Virus record (IMG/VR): IMGVR_UViG_3300013132_005385
Coordinates: 32,001-96,000 of that record
DNA from: a virus
DNA length: 64,000 bases
Reading direction: 5' to 3' (one strand)
Part shown: positions 1-9,048 of the stretch, piece after piece
Position numbering within the stretch: position 1 is the stretch's first letter
Layout: each line of letters begins with the position of its first letter
The notes under the pieces: model-generated
The model's database searches: none
What the model saw: only the letters and a program-made list of their open reading frames with translations
Told to the model about the DNA's origin: nothing
Program-made: the position numbers and the translations under genes

Positions 1-263
1 ACATATCTACCTAAACTATTTCTCGATTCAAACTCGTTGTGCCAAGCACTTGTGCCACAATTATATTCTACTATTTTTATTCTATCCCTGTATTTAGAAA
101 ATCTACTTTCTAAATTTTCACTTAGATATAAGGGTTTATCCTTGCCAGAAAATGTTTTTCTGGATTCACTTATCACCCAATAATCAATATAAGGAGAAGT
201 TATCTCCAGTCTAATTTCTAATAAATCCAGTTCATTGAAAAAAGGGAAACATTCTATTTTCAT
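1..263 (-). CDS. GT17-like (GnT-III family) glycosyltransferase, partial (runs off the window start)
   Basis: Not in the ORF track. Hand translation from ATG at 263: MKIECFPFFNELDLLEIRLEITSPYIDYWVISESRKTFSGKDKPLY, matching the GT17 N-terminal pattern F.NE.DLLEIRL...D.FVI.ES..TF.G..KPL. Confidence 0.75.
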   Translation of the reverse strand, partial: MKIECFPFFNELDLLEIRLEITSPYIDYWVISESRKTFSGKDKPLYLSENLESRFSKYRDRIKIVEYNCGTSAWHNEFESRNSLGRY

Positions 264-264
264 A

Positions 265-924
265 TTATTTACAATTATTTATATAATTAACAGCGTTATC
301 CAAAAGTGATTTTGCATGGAAGCCAAAACAATTATTTATATTATGCTGATCGTCGAGGGGAAATTCTATTGCAAATTTTCTAGCAACTTCCACTGGAGCT
401 ATCTTTATGCCTTGGGATTCGAGAATATGTCTATTAGTACAAACTAGGTAGGTGTCTTCATTAGACATAGTTCTTGGAAGTTTACTGGAGGCTTCTAAAA
501 ACTTTTTGCTTCTCAAAGAGAATCCGCCGTTTCCAACCTGTTGTCCCTCCTTGGGCCACCCGATATAAAGAGGCCATGGGGCTCCAATATAATCATAATC
601 ATAAAAAGAATCTTCCCATAGATATGGATTTAGAATAAATCCATCATCTTGAAAAACAAGACAGTAATCACTATCTATGTGATTATTTAATTCGGTAACG
701 CAAAAATTGGAGTATTGTCCAATTCCCATTGGATCTATTAAGGTATTTTTAATTCCATCAATATTAAGATCAAATGTAGTAAAAACTTTTACATCATAGA
801 AATTTACCCGGTTAATCATAAAATCAATGATTTTTTGGTATCTTAGGGTTCTTTCAGAATCTTCTATCCTGCCATCCAAGCAGAATAGTGTTACATTACT
901 AAGATCTATTTTTGAGAAATCCAT
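265..924 (-). CDS. DUF5672-type putative glycosyltransferase
   Basis: Motifs LVFQDDGFILNP..W, YDYIGAPW, VGNGGFSLRSKK, NED, FGFH. Confidence 0.7.
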   Translation of the reverse strand: MDFSKIDLSNVTLFCLDGRIEDSERTLRYQKIIDFMINRVNFYDVKVFTTFDLNIDGIKNTLIDPMGIGQYSNFCVTELNNHIDSDYCLVFQDDGFILNPYLWEDSFYDYDYIGAPWPLYIGWPKEGQQVGNGGFSLRSKKFLEASSKLPRTMSNEDTYLVCTNRHILESQGIKIAPVEVARKFAIEFPLDDQHNINNCFGFHAKSLLDNAVNYINNCK

Positions 925-1628
925 TCTATTATTTTTTTAGGAACTTCCCCTCTAAAATCCTCGGGGGATAGATCAAAATTATTCTGCAATCTGCCTTTAA
1001 AAACATCCATTCCTCTATAAAAAGTAGATTGATTTTTATCATCAATGGCATCCTTATCGTGATAAAGCTTAGTATAATGAAGATGAGCAAATTCCACATC
1101 TGATGCCTCAACAACACATCCTAAAATACTGGCAACGCATGTGAGTTCGGTATCACAGAACATATGTTCATAGGATGGATTATATATGTAGGGAAAGCTA
1201 TCAAGATATTCCCTCGAAAATATAGGCATTGTGATAAGGTCATTACTCATCCCATCCGATGTTTTAATTACATATTTTCCCGACAATTCAGAAGCAATAT
1301 CTCTCAGTTTATCATCCCAGTATTCAAAGCAATCTGTATCATCGGAAAAAACCAAAATTAAATCTCCATCTATATGTGGTTTAATAGAATTTATAGCCTC
1401 TACCGTACATGTATTAGGATTAATTACTACATCGATTCTCGTATTATATTCAACTGATAATTTATCCATTAACTCCAAATATTGATTAGTGGTAGGATCG
1501 CTGTTATCTATGGATATAATCACTCTTATAGATTCCGTGTTATTTGCATTTTCCAGCCATTTCTTAACAACCCTATACATTCTTACGGGCCTTTGCCTGG
1601 ATGCAGCAACTATGTTTATTTTAATCAT
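906..1628 (-). CDS. GT-A fold (GT2-like) glycosyltransferase
   Basis: ASRQRP N-terminus, LVFSDDTD acidic motif, YNPSYEHMFCDTEL, F.HLH. Confidence 0.65.
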   Translation of the reverse strand: MIKINIVAASRQRPVRMYRVVKKWLENANNTESIRVIISIDNSDPTTNQYLELMDKLSVEYNTRIDVVINPNTCTVEAINSIKPHIDGDLILVFSDDTDCFEYWDDKLRDIASELSGKYVIKTSDGMSNDLITMPIFSREYLDSFPYIYNPSYEHMFCDTELTCVASILGCVVEASDVEFAHLHYTKLYHDKDAIDDKNQSTFYRGMDVFKGRLQNNFDLSPEDFRGEVPKKIIEWISQK

Positions 1629-2466
1629 AATTTTTCACTTTATTAAAAATCAAAGAATCCGCAGAATGTAATTTAGTAACAATCTCCAGGTTTTCCCTGA
1701 TATATTCGATTTTTGAATCGTAAAGATCTTTATTGAGAAGACTCAAATTAAAATTATCACTCCATTTAATTATTCCGTTAATATTAAAGTCTTCCTCTAT
1801 TTTATCAGTTCCCCAGTATATCGGAATTACACCCAAAGCAAAGCAATCGGTTATTTTTTCGGTATAATACTTATCAATTTTTGCATTCTCAAAAACTATA
1901 GAGAACATATACGGAGCAAGGGCTTCTTCCTTGGATCTCCACCAGTCTCCGTTAGGCCCTATTCCCGTTCCTATCCTTGTAGTTCCAGCTGCTCCCCCAA
2001 AAACATCTGCAGAATTTTTTAATCTCGATGCTATCTCCAGTCTTTTTTTATGCCCCGTGGTCATATTCTTGGAGCTGGCTATCATTGAGCAAATCCTACT
2101 CTTCTCTGGTATTCTATAATTTTCCGGTCTAGTCCAAGGAAGATTAGAGCCAGGAGGATTAAAGATAAAAAAGCTAGGATCCCTAGATATGATCTCGTGA
2201 TCACAGGTAAAAATAGCAGTATAATGATTTTTATATCTTGGGTAATTATGTATTAGATCATTTTTAAGAGATGGAAGGACCTCAGAAGATTCGCAGAACC
2301 ATCCAAAATTACCTCTGGCTGGACCTGTGTGATTCGTCATATTATTATCAATCCATACCGTTGCTATTCCTTCTCCTTTTGACCATTCAAAATTGCTAGG
2401 TTTAAAAGATGAGCAGGACGAGTACTCAACAGGAAATGGAGACCACGTTGTTTTTAGTTTATTCAT
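1621..2466 (-). CDS. GT10 (fucosyltransferase-like) glycosyltransferase
   Basis: GT10 signature YMFSIVFEN....YYTEKITDCF..GVIPIYWG. Confidence 0.75.
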   Translation of the reverse strand: MNKLKTTWSPFPVEYSSCSSFKPSNFEWSKGEGIATVWIDNNMTNHTGPARGNFGWFCESSEVLPSLKNDLIHNYPRYKNHYTAIFTCDHEIISRDPSFFIFNPPGSNLPWTRPENYRIPEKSRICSMIASSKNMTTGHKKRLEIASRLKNSADVFGGAAGTTRIGTGIGPNGDWWRSKEEALAPYMFSIVFENAKIDKYYTEKITDCFALGVIPIYWGTDKIEEDFNINGIIKWSDNFNLSLLNKDLYDSKIEYIRENLEIVTKLHSADSLIFNKVKNYD

Positions 2467-3293
2467 ACGATTATAAAATCTTTATTAGTGTAATTAAATG
2501 GGCGATGGGGATTAAGTTCCTTCATTATATTCATTATAGATCTCTTATTAGGGGCTTCTGAATTGATATTTTCTAAAAATCTTCCATTATGAAAATCAGA
2601 TCCGCTAAGTTTAATTTTGACAGTGGATCTAAATTGGGGTATTATTGAATGCTTTATGGCATCATGATCTAATTCCGGCTGTCCAGTTTCAACTTTTTCT
2701 GTGCAATGATCAGCCCATGCAGTTATAACTCTAAAAGCTTCACTAGTGTTTCTTATAAATATAGGGGATGCAACAAATCCATTTATATCGTTAGTATACG
2801 ACACAAGACCAAGATCAAATTCATCTGATAAATTACAAAAGGAAGCTAGGGATTCTTTTAAATTTGTGTCTCCGTCCACCCAAACAACGTCTTTTGAATA
2901 TTTTTTGATTATCTCTTGTATGAAAACGGGTTTGTAACAGCAATTCTGAAAATATTCCCTATCTGATTCATATTGTCTAATTAGATAATTTAATCCAAAA
3001 AAATGAACTTTTCTTACCAGTTCTGTTATGCGGGAGGAATAGAAATTTGATCCTATAGGATCAGATATAAATGATATGATCATAGGTCCATCATTGTCTA
3101 TCCTACTCCATTCATTCAATATATTTCTATCCCTTGAATTTTTTAAGGGCGGAAATAAACTCATGTTTTCTTTTTTATTTGTTAAGGAATTTGGGAGTTC
3201 ATTATTTGGGACGTTAGAAATATTTCTGTGATTTTTATTTGAAATTTCCCTGGTTACCCTCATTCTTCTTCTTGATTCAAAATCCATAATCAT
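2463..3293 (-). CDS. nucleotide-diphospho-sugar transferase (GT77/GT34-like)
   Basis: YKPVFI...DVVWVDGDT DxD motif, ASP, DHD; paralog of 3277..3918. Confidence 0.6.
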   Translation of the reverse strand: MIMDFESRRRMRVTREISNKNHRNISNVPNNELPNSLTNKKENMSLFPPLKNSRDRNILNEWSRIDNDGPMIISFISDPIGSNFYSSRITELVRKVHFFGLNYLIRQYESDREYFQNCCYKPVFIQEIIKKYSKDVVWVDGDTNLKESLASFCNLSDEFDLGLVSYTNDINGFVASPIFIRNTSEAFRVITAWADHCTEKVETGQPELDHDAIKHSIIPQFRSTVKIKLSGSDFHNGRFLENINSEAPNKRSIMNIMKELNPHRPFNYTNKDFIIV

Positions 3294-3918
3294 TAATGTT
3301 TAATTTGTTAAAATTTAAGCTTCTAGAACTATTTTTATTAATTACCACTCTCATCTGGACATCTTTATCGGGAATTCTTGATATTCCATTCATAATAATA
3401 GATCCATCCGTATAGTCTATATACCTCTCCCCGCTACCAAGGATCTGCGCGGAAATTTTTCCAGCATATTTAGGCATGATCTCATACTTTAGAACGTCAT
3501 GATCGAAATCTATTTCTCCTCCTCTAATTTTACTAGAACACACATCGCCCCAATCTTTTAGAAATTCCAAACACTTGCCATTATACTTGAATCCCAATGG
3601 TGATGCCTTTATTCCATTTATTTCACCTGTGTGAGAGGCAAAAAGAATATCAGAGTCCCACTTTTTTAGATTATTGGGAGCTGAGAAAATTTGTGTATCA
3701 ACATCTATCCAAACAACGTCTCTATTAAACTCCATGATTTTTTCAAGTATGTATAGGGGCTTATAAAGAGTGTTCTTCCAGTATGCACCTAAATCCTTTA
3801 CATTTTCAATATGAATATTTAAACCTAATGATTCACATGATTTTTTTAGTGATTCTGATGCTGTCTTATAATATTGGTTCCCAGTATAATAAGAGATGCA
3901 AATAGCATTATTCTCCAT
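3277..3918 (-). CDS. nucleotide-diphospho-sugar transferase (GT77/GT34-like)
   Basis: SYYT..Y...A..L..S, W..N..YKP.YI, DVVWIDVDT, DHD. Confidence 0.6.
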   Translation of the reverse strand: MENNAICISYYTGNQYYKTASESLKKSCESLGLNIHIENVKDLGAYWKNTLYKPLYILEKIMEFNRDVVWIDVDTQIFSAPNNLKKWDSDILFASHTGEINGIKASPLGFKYNGKCLEFLKDWGDVCSSKIRGGEIDFDHDVLKYEIMPKYAGKISAQILGSGERYIDYTDGSIIMNGISRIPDKDVQMRVVINKNSSRSLNFNKLNINDYGF

Positions 3919-4165
3919 CGATAATAGTTTTTAAATATTCATCCAAGCTCATCTCAGCTCCCATGAATAGAACTCTATGTAGCATTTCTCCCCTGTCCAT
4001 CATTTCGGGTGTAGTGACATCAATTAGTCTTGGAAAAGCTGATATATCTATAAGATATTGATTTATATCAGACAAAATTGATTTTCTGGTATCATCATTA
4101 TTAGTCTCGAAGGCATAACCACTTAGTATGTCATTGATGTCCTGATAAATTTTAAATTTTTCCAT
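3908..4165 (-). CDS. small protein resembling the C-terminal domain of the tail sheath
   Basis: DINDILSGYAFETNNDDTRKSILSDINQYL aligns without gaps to sheath AIEDILNNYVFDFNEDNIRLEIKTLVDNYL (12 of 30 identical, hand count). Confidence 0.45.
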   Translation of the reverse strand: MEKFKIYQDINDILSGYAFETNNDDTRKSILSDINQYLIDISAFPRLIDVTTPEMMDRGEMLHRVLFMGAEMSLDEYLKTIIDGE

Positions 4166-4180
4166 TATATTGGTTTTTTA

Positions 4181-4912
4181 TTATAGTCCTAATCTTCTGA
4201 AAAGATCCCCGCAAATTTCCCTATTGTTTGAAAGGGGTCTGGGAATATGACAGTCAATATAATCATATGGATTATAATCACCCTTCGGCCAGATAGCCTT
4301 ATCCAGTCTCCTAGTAGCATATTTTTCTTCGATCCAGCCCCTTTCAAGATGTTTGATTTGTATACCCGGTTTAATTCTGGATTGGTTATAAAAAAACTTT
4401 TGATCCGTACCAAACCTGATATTCATTCTCATTAATCTCCTGAGAAAAACCTTATGATCCGAATCACTAAGATCCAGCAAATCAGTAAAACTCCGTGGAT
4501 CACCAGCGAGATAACACATGGGGTACTGTGGATTAGTTCTGTACCATCTATATTGAATAACATCAGAGCTGTATGACACTATACCCCTATCTCCTATCTG
4601 GCTCGCACCATTTTCATAATACTCCCGAGATATAGGAAGCATATCCATATCTGAAATGATAAAAGGTGCATCTAATATTCTTGCACCCCAAAATCTTATG
4701 CACTGAGCTTGTTGGGCAATATTCCATTCTGGGATCGATTCCAGATAAATTGTTCTACCATATTCCGTCACATTTTGGGAAGGACCTTGGGAATCAATAT
4801 AAATTAGAACTGGTTCTATTCCAAGCTTCTGCCACATAGCTGCCACATAGGGCCAAAAATCCAGATACTCGGGATTAGCATTAGAACTCACTACGGCGTA
4901 CTTAATCTTCAT
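4181..4912 (-). CDS. putative glycosyltransferase
   Basis: ISDMDMLP DxD motif, YPMCY, TDQ, YIDCH.PRP; lies inside the GT cluster. Confidence 0.5.
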   Translation of the reverse strand: MKIKYAVVSSNANPEYLDFWPYVAAMWQKLGIEPVLIYIDSQGPSQNVTEYGRTIYLESIPEWNIAQQAQCIRFWGARILDAPFIISDMDMLPISREYYENGASQIGDRGIVSYSSDVIQYRWYRTNPQYPMCYLAGDPRSFTDLLDLSDSDHKVFLRRLMRMNIRFGTDQKFFYNQSRIKPGIQIKHLERGWIEEKYATRRLDKAIWPKGDYNPYDYIDCHIPRPLSNNREICGDLFRRLGL

Positions 4913-5523
4913 CTACGGATTATATTTCTGGCAGGTCTTTTATGAACGTTACGGCTCTCCTGAAAGTGTTCTATGATAGGTTTAAGCCCAGGGTACATAT
5001 TTCGTGTGTGATCGAAGATATAAGTGTACTCCGGAGGAAGATTACAATAAACTAGATCTGGATTCTCCCGAACAGCAGTTTGCATGTGTTTTTGCTCCCA
5101 TGTTTCGGGCTTAGATCTCTCGGCGGGTATTTTTGAGTTGATCTCTATCCACCTTTTTACCAGTGACACAGTCTTAAGATTGTTTCTTAAAAAAATTGTC
5201 CCTGATAATGCTTCGTCCTTTCTCCATCTAAAATCTTCCGTCCTATATGCTATATCACAATCTAGAGAATTAAAAAGATCTGGAAAGCTTCTAAAGGCAG
5301 CGTCAACATCCACATAGACTAAATTTTGATCTAGCTTCTCGAGACACTCCAGAATGAAATGTGCTTTATAATGTGTGTTCTTTTCCCAGCTTCCAAGGTC
5401 TCCTATGGGTTTAATGTAATGCGGAATTGAAAAGTTTTGGAGAGATTCCCGTAGTCTACCAGCTAAACTTTGGTAGTTTGAGTTTTGGGTGTAATAAGCT
5501 ATAACTAAAAATTGGGGGCTCAC
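4909..5523 (-). CDS. nucleotide-diphospho-sugar transferase (GT77-like)
   Basis: AYYT..Y...A.RL..SL, GSWEKNTHYKA.FI, VYVDVDA, SGTIF, WEQ, LPPEY..IFD, IEHFQESR; GTG start. Confidence 0.65.
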   Translation of the reverse strand: MSPQFLVIAYYTQNSNYQSLAGRLRESLQNFSIPHYIKPIGDLGSWEKNTHYKAHFILECLEKLDQNLVYVDVDAAFRSFPDLFNSLDCDIAYRTEDFRWRKDEALSGTIFLRNNLKTVSLVKRWIEINSKIPAERSKPETWEQKHMQTAVRENPDLVYCNLPPEYTYIFDHTRNMYPGLKPIIEHFQESRNVHKRPARNIIRR

Positions 5524-5677
5524 AAGTAATATATTATATAATAGAATTCATCCCCGGGATTTACTTCGTAAAAATTTTAGTCTGCCCTGGGTGGAAAGTT
5601 TCAGTTTCTTGAAAATTTTTTTTAGAAAGAAATAAAACCGCTCTTTCTATATATAATACGTATCATCCTAATGAACA

Positions 5678-6406
5678 ATGAAAATACTAAAGCCTTATTG
5701 GTTTCTAGAGAAGCCGGTCGATAAAGAACACAAATATTATGTGTTAATGGCTTATTTGCAATCCATTGAAAAGGACTTCTCCAATGGAGAATATGTTAAA
5801 CAGCTAACTAATGTACTTAGAATTCAAAAGGATCTTTGGAGCTTTAAGAACAAGGGTGTGCTATCAGTGAAATCAAATTCACATTTAACCGAAAGGGAAT
5901 TGGAAAAAACCCACGATCTCATAGATGATTTTTTACTTTCAGATGAAAGAGATGAAATAATAGAGGAGTCATTATCCACTATAGAAAAGTTTCTAGGAAA
6001 ACATGACTCAGTAATTAGAGAATATGATCAAATGGTAGAGGTAACTCATTCAGGATCTATAAATCAGACATGGGATAGGGGATTTCTCATTATCAGAAAA
6101 AACCTGGAGAGTATGCTTAGAATATTTTCTTGGAGTTTTTCTATTATTAAGATAGACGGGAATGAAAGCGTAGCCCTATTAATGACCGAGCTTCTTGATC
6201 CTGTGTGTGGATTTACCGAGGATGACAGAGAAGTTAAGAAGTTTTTAATACAGAATTTAAAATCTTCTATAATTAGTCCCAATGATGCTATTCTTTTTGG
6301 AAAAATCACTGAAGAGCTAGAACTGGATCTTGGTGTGGATCTATCCAAAGAAAAAGCTGTTGATATAATAGTGAAAAACTATAAGAAATCAATCGATCTC
6401 CTTTAG
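5678..6406 (+). CDS. hypothetical protein
   Basis: 242-aa ORF with TATATATA motif at 5648-5655 upstream. Confidence 0.6.
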   Translation: MKILKPYWFLEKPVDKEHKYYVLMAYLQSIEKDFSNGEYVKQLTNVLRIQKDLWSFKNKGVLSVKSNSHLTERELEKTHDLIDDFLLSDERDEIIEESLSTIEKFLGKHDSVIREYDQMVEVTHSGSINQTWDRGFLIIRKNLESMLRIFSWSFSIIKIDGNESVALLMTELLDPVCGFTEDDREVKKFLIQNLKSSIISPNDAILFGKITEELELDLGVDLSKEKAVDIIVKNYKKSIDLL

Positions 6407-6931
6407 CAGTAGGAATTTTTCTAAATTTTCCCCCTCAATACCGAAGCTCCCTGGATTGAACTGATCAATCTTAAAGATTAGACTTTCTTCTTCCCCTCCC
6501 GCTTCTGTTGTCACAACCTCTATCTTAGTTTTCTTTCTGTTTATGTAAAAGTCGCACGATTTACCATCCGGCGAAATGTGGTCTCTAAGAAATAAAAAAG
6601 ATCCGCTAGGCATTTCTATCAATTCTGGAGCTCCCCCCGTTTCTATTACTTTTTCCACCTTAGATATAAATTCTTTTAGTGCTGTTGAATCTAGATCCCT
6701 TATCGAAGAAGCACCAAACGATTCTGCATATTTACTTATTATCTGAGAGATCATTTTCTTTATTTGTGGGGTTTTATCTCCATAAAAATGAATGTCATTT
6801 ATCAGATCATCTATAAAATATCCATCCCTAAGATCTTTCTTAGCAAATTTGAATGATATGGACTCCTTAAATTTTGACCCTGCACTGGAGCTTTCCAAAA
6901 TAAATTTTGAGAAGTTGGAGATTCTATTCAT
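6389..6931 (-). CDS. putative capsid-internal protein (CTS-like N-terminus)
   Basis: N-terminus MNRISNFSKFILES resembles the T4 capsid-targeting sequence MKTYQEFIAE. Confidence 0.45.
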   Translation of the reverse strand: MNRISNFSKFILESSSAGSKFKESISFKFAKKDLRDGYFIDDLINDIHFYGDKTPQIKKMISQIISKYAESFGASSIRDLDSTALKEFISKVEKVIETGGAPELIEMPSGSFLFLRDHISPDGKSCDFYINRKKTKIEVVTTEAGGEEESLIFKIDQFNPGSFGIEGENLEKFLLLKEID

Positions 6932-7340
6932 GATTTGATTTCTTTTTTTGTAATTTTTGCGCCTCGGTATATGAAGAAAATCTAAAATCTTGAATATTCA
7001 GCGGCATTTCTATTTGTTCTAATAAATCTGGACCAAATTCAGGCCTATCCAAATTAGATATTCTGATTAAATTGGGATCAAATGCTGGCTCATAGGGCTT
7101 ACATTCCACTAATATTTCATCCTCTAGAGTTGAAAAAAATAGGCCATTTTTTAGAATAAAAAGATAATCTCCCAGATTTGCTGAAATTTTATTCCATACG
7201 GGTCTAAGAATTTTATATCCTCTATAAACAAAAGTTGTATCCTCATCACCTGTTCTTATCCACACATCAGTTTTGTGTGTGAATTTGTAATAGGATGGAG
7301 ATTCATAGGATTCCCCCGATAGCGATGAAAAATTACTCAT
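6924..7340 (-). CDS. hypothetical protein (late promoter upstream)
   Basis: 138-aa ORF; AATATATA at 7346-7353 on the minus strand. Confidence 0.55.
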   Translation of the reverse strand: MSNFSSLSGESYESPSYYKFTHKTDVWIRTGDEDTTFVYRGYKILRPVWNKISANLGDYLFILKNGLFFSTLEDEILVECKPYEPAFDPNLIRISNLDRPEFGPDLLEQIEMPLNIQDFRFSSYTEAQKLQKKKSNHE

Positions 7341-7343
7341 TAG

Positions 7344-7383
7344 GATATATATTCAATGACAGAATCTGTTAAATAGATATATA
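7344..7383. promoter_or_regulatory. divergent putative late promoters (RATATATA)
   Basis: AATATATA (-, 7346-7353) and GATATATA (+, 7376-7383) face the divergent ATGs at 7340 and 7393. Confidence 0.6.
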
Positions 7384-7392
7384 TAAAGACAA

Positions 7393-8115
7393 ATGATAGA
7401 AATAATCAAATTTGAGGAATTTAGATCAAAAAACGCTCCTATAGACAGGGAGGTTTTTGAACATCAGGTCGAGTTCATAGAAAGCGAGATCAGAAGAATG
7501 CGCAGGGAGGGATTAAGTGCAGATGAAATTAACGAAAACGTATTTTCCGATATTCTTTCCGGACTAGGAGGGGGTTTTTCCGATATTGTTAAGGATTACG
7601 TTATAGATTGGGCAGCTCAAAAAATGGGAGTCCAAACCCATGACGAAGCTGGTCAACCAACCATATTTTATCAGATGATACGTAATATCATAGAAAAAAT
7701 GGAATGGACCAAAATAGGATCGTATTTCGGAAAAGGATCATGTTCTCATTGGGCTAAAGCTATCGTTTTGGGTCTTGCTGATACCATAGAAGAAAAAGCC
7801 ATAGCTGCTATTCTTGGTGCTTTAGGTATGCAAATAGATGAAAGGGGGGGATTAGCTACAACACTAGCATTGTCTATAAGACAAGGATTACAGAACGCGG
7901 TTAATAACACAGATTTCATGAAGAATATAGAAAAAATGATATCAGGTAAATTGTGTGGAGCTAATTTTGGTGACATACTAAGTGGTATAACCAGATCTGA
8001 TCAAGATAAAGTGACTGACCAGATTCAGAGAGCTGCAGAAGATGACCCAAATATACTTAAAAAAGTAGCAACATCCGGGATAATGGATGTATTAACAAAA
8101 ACAGTTGCACCATGA
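7393..8115 (+). CDS. putative capsid-internal helical protein (CTS-like)
   Basis: MIEIIKFEEF N-terminus, INE putative protease site, late promoter upstream. Confidence 0.5.
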   Translation: MIEIIKFEEFRSKNAPIDREVFEHQVEFIESEIRRMRREGLSADEINENVFSDILSGLGGGFSDIVKDYVIDWAAQKMGVQTHDEAGQPTIFYQMIRNIIEKMEWTKIGSYFGKGSCSHWAKAIVLGLADTIEEKAIAAILGALGMQIDERGGLATTLALSIRQGLQNAVNNTDFMKNIEKMISGKLCGANFGDILSGITRSDQDKVTDQIQRAAEDDPNILKKVATSGIMDVLTKTVAP

Positions 8116-8363
8116 ACGTAAAAAACGTAAAAAAAAGAGAAATTCTAGATTACAAGCAATTCATTAAGGTTGCTTCGGATCCATTCAATAAACAAAACTT
8201 GAGCAAGGAGGACAGAACGGGTTTTAATAAAATTAAACCGGAAAAGCCATATGCTTATGTTGGATTTCAAGACCCTATATTTAATAAGGTATCAAAAATA
8301 GATTATCCAGGGAAAGGAGCTACAGAAAGCGGGATCACTGCTGAATTTGGAACTAGCGAATAA
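8112..8363 (+). CDS. small putative virion protein
   Basis: REILDYKQFIK CTS-like motif; overlaps the upstream stop (ATGA). Confidence 0.5.
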   Translation: MNVKNVKKREILDYKQFIKVASDPFNKQNLSKEDRTGFNKIKPEKPYAYVGFQDPIFNKVSKIDYPGKGATESGITAEFGTSE

Positions 8364-8379
8364 AAAATAAAAAATAAAA

Positions 8380-8979
8380 ATGGGAACTAAAATATTATCA
8401 TGGGAGGAATTCAGTAAGGAAAAAAAACAGCCTGATGTACCTCTTTTTAGCGACGATAACATGGCTAAAATACCTACTGAAGAAATCGATGGAATTGAAG
8501 AGGAGGAGGACGAGGATGCCATAGATTCTGAAGAAGTAAAGACGTTAAAGAATCAAACCGATGTCCAATCGGACGAGGACGATACTGAGGAAGAAGATAC
8601 TGAGGAAGAAGATACTGAGGAAGAAGATACTGAAGAGGAAGACGAGGACGATACTGAGGAGGAAGATACTGAGGAAGAAGATACTGAAGAGGAAGACGAG
8701 GACGATACTGAGGAAGAAGACGATACTGAGGAAGAAGACGAGGACGATACTGAGGAAGAAGATACTGAGGAAGAAGACGAGGACGATACTGAGGAAGAAG
8801 ATACTGAGGAAGAAGATACTGAAGAGGAAGACGAGGACGATACTGAGGAAGAAGATACTGAAGAGGAAGACGAGGACGATACTGAGGAAGAAGACGAGGA
8901 CGACCAGACCGAAGATGAAGATAGCGCGGAATCTACGGAGGAGCCAGTGGTAATAAGATTTGATACCTTTTTAGATTAA
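8380..8979 (+). CDS. polyacidic (DTEEE)n repeat protein
   Basis: 17 DTEEE units with DED spacers; KILSWEEF at the N-terminus and VIRFDTFLD at the C-terminus. Confidence 0.7.
   Translation: MGTKILSWEEFSKEKKQPDVPLFSDDNMAKIPTEEIDGIEEEEDEDAIDSEEVKTLKNQTDVQSDEDDTEEEDTEEEDTEEEDTEEEDEDDTEEEDTEEEDTEEEDEDDTEEEDDTEEEDEDDTEEEDTEEEDEDDTEEEDTEEEDTEEEDEDDTEEEDTEEEDEDDTEEEDEDDQTEDEDSAESTEEPVVIRFDTFLD
8572..8903 (+). repeat. tandem 15-bp repeat GATACTGA(G/A)GA(A/G)GAA with GACGAGGAC inserts
   Basis: Directly visible in the sequence. Confidence 0.95.
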
Positions 8980-8999
8980 AAAAATAAATATCGGCAGGA

Positions 9000-9024
9000 A
9001 AAAGCCTACCCTCGGTAGGCTTTT
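9000..9024. terminator. rho-independent terminator hairpin
   Basis: aaaagcctacc-ctc-ggtaggctttt perfect inverted repeat with T tail. Confidence 0.8.
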
Positions 9025-9048
9025 ATTTTGTTTGCGAATATATACATT

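Noticed and set aside
8572-8903. Possible CRISPR array
   Set aside because: Units are head-to-tail with no unique spacers, and lengths are multiples of 3 inside an ORF; this is a coding repeat
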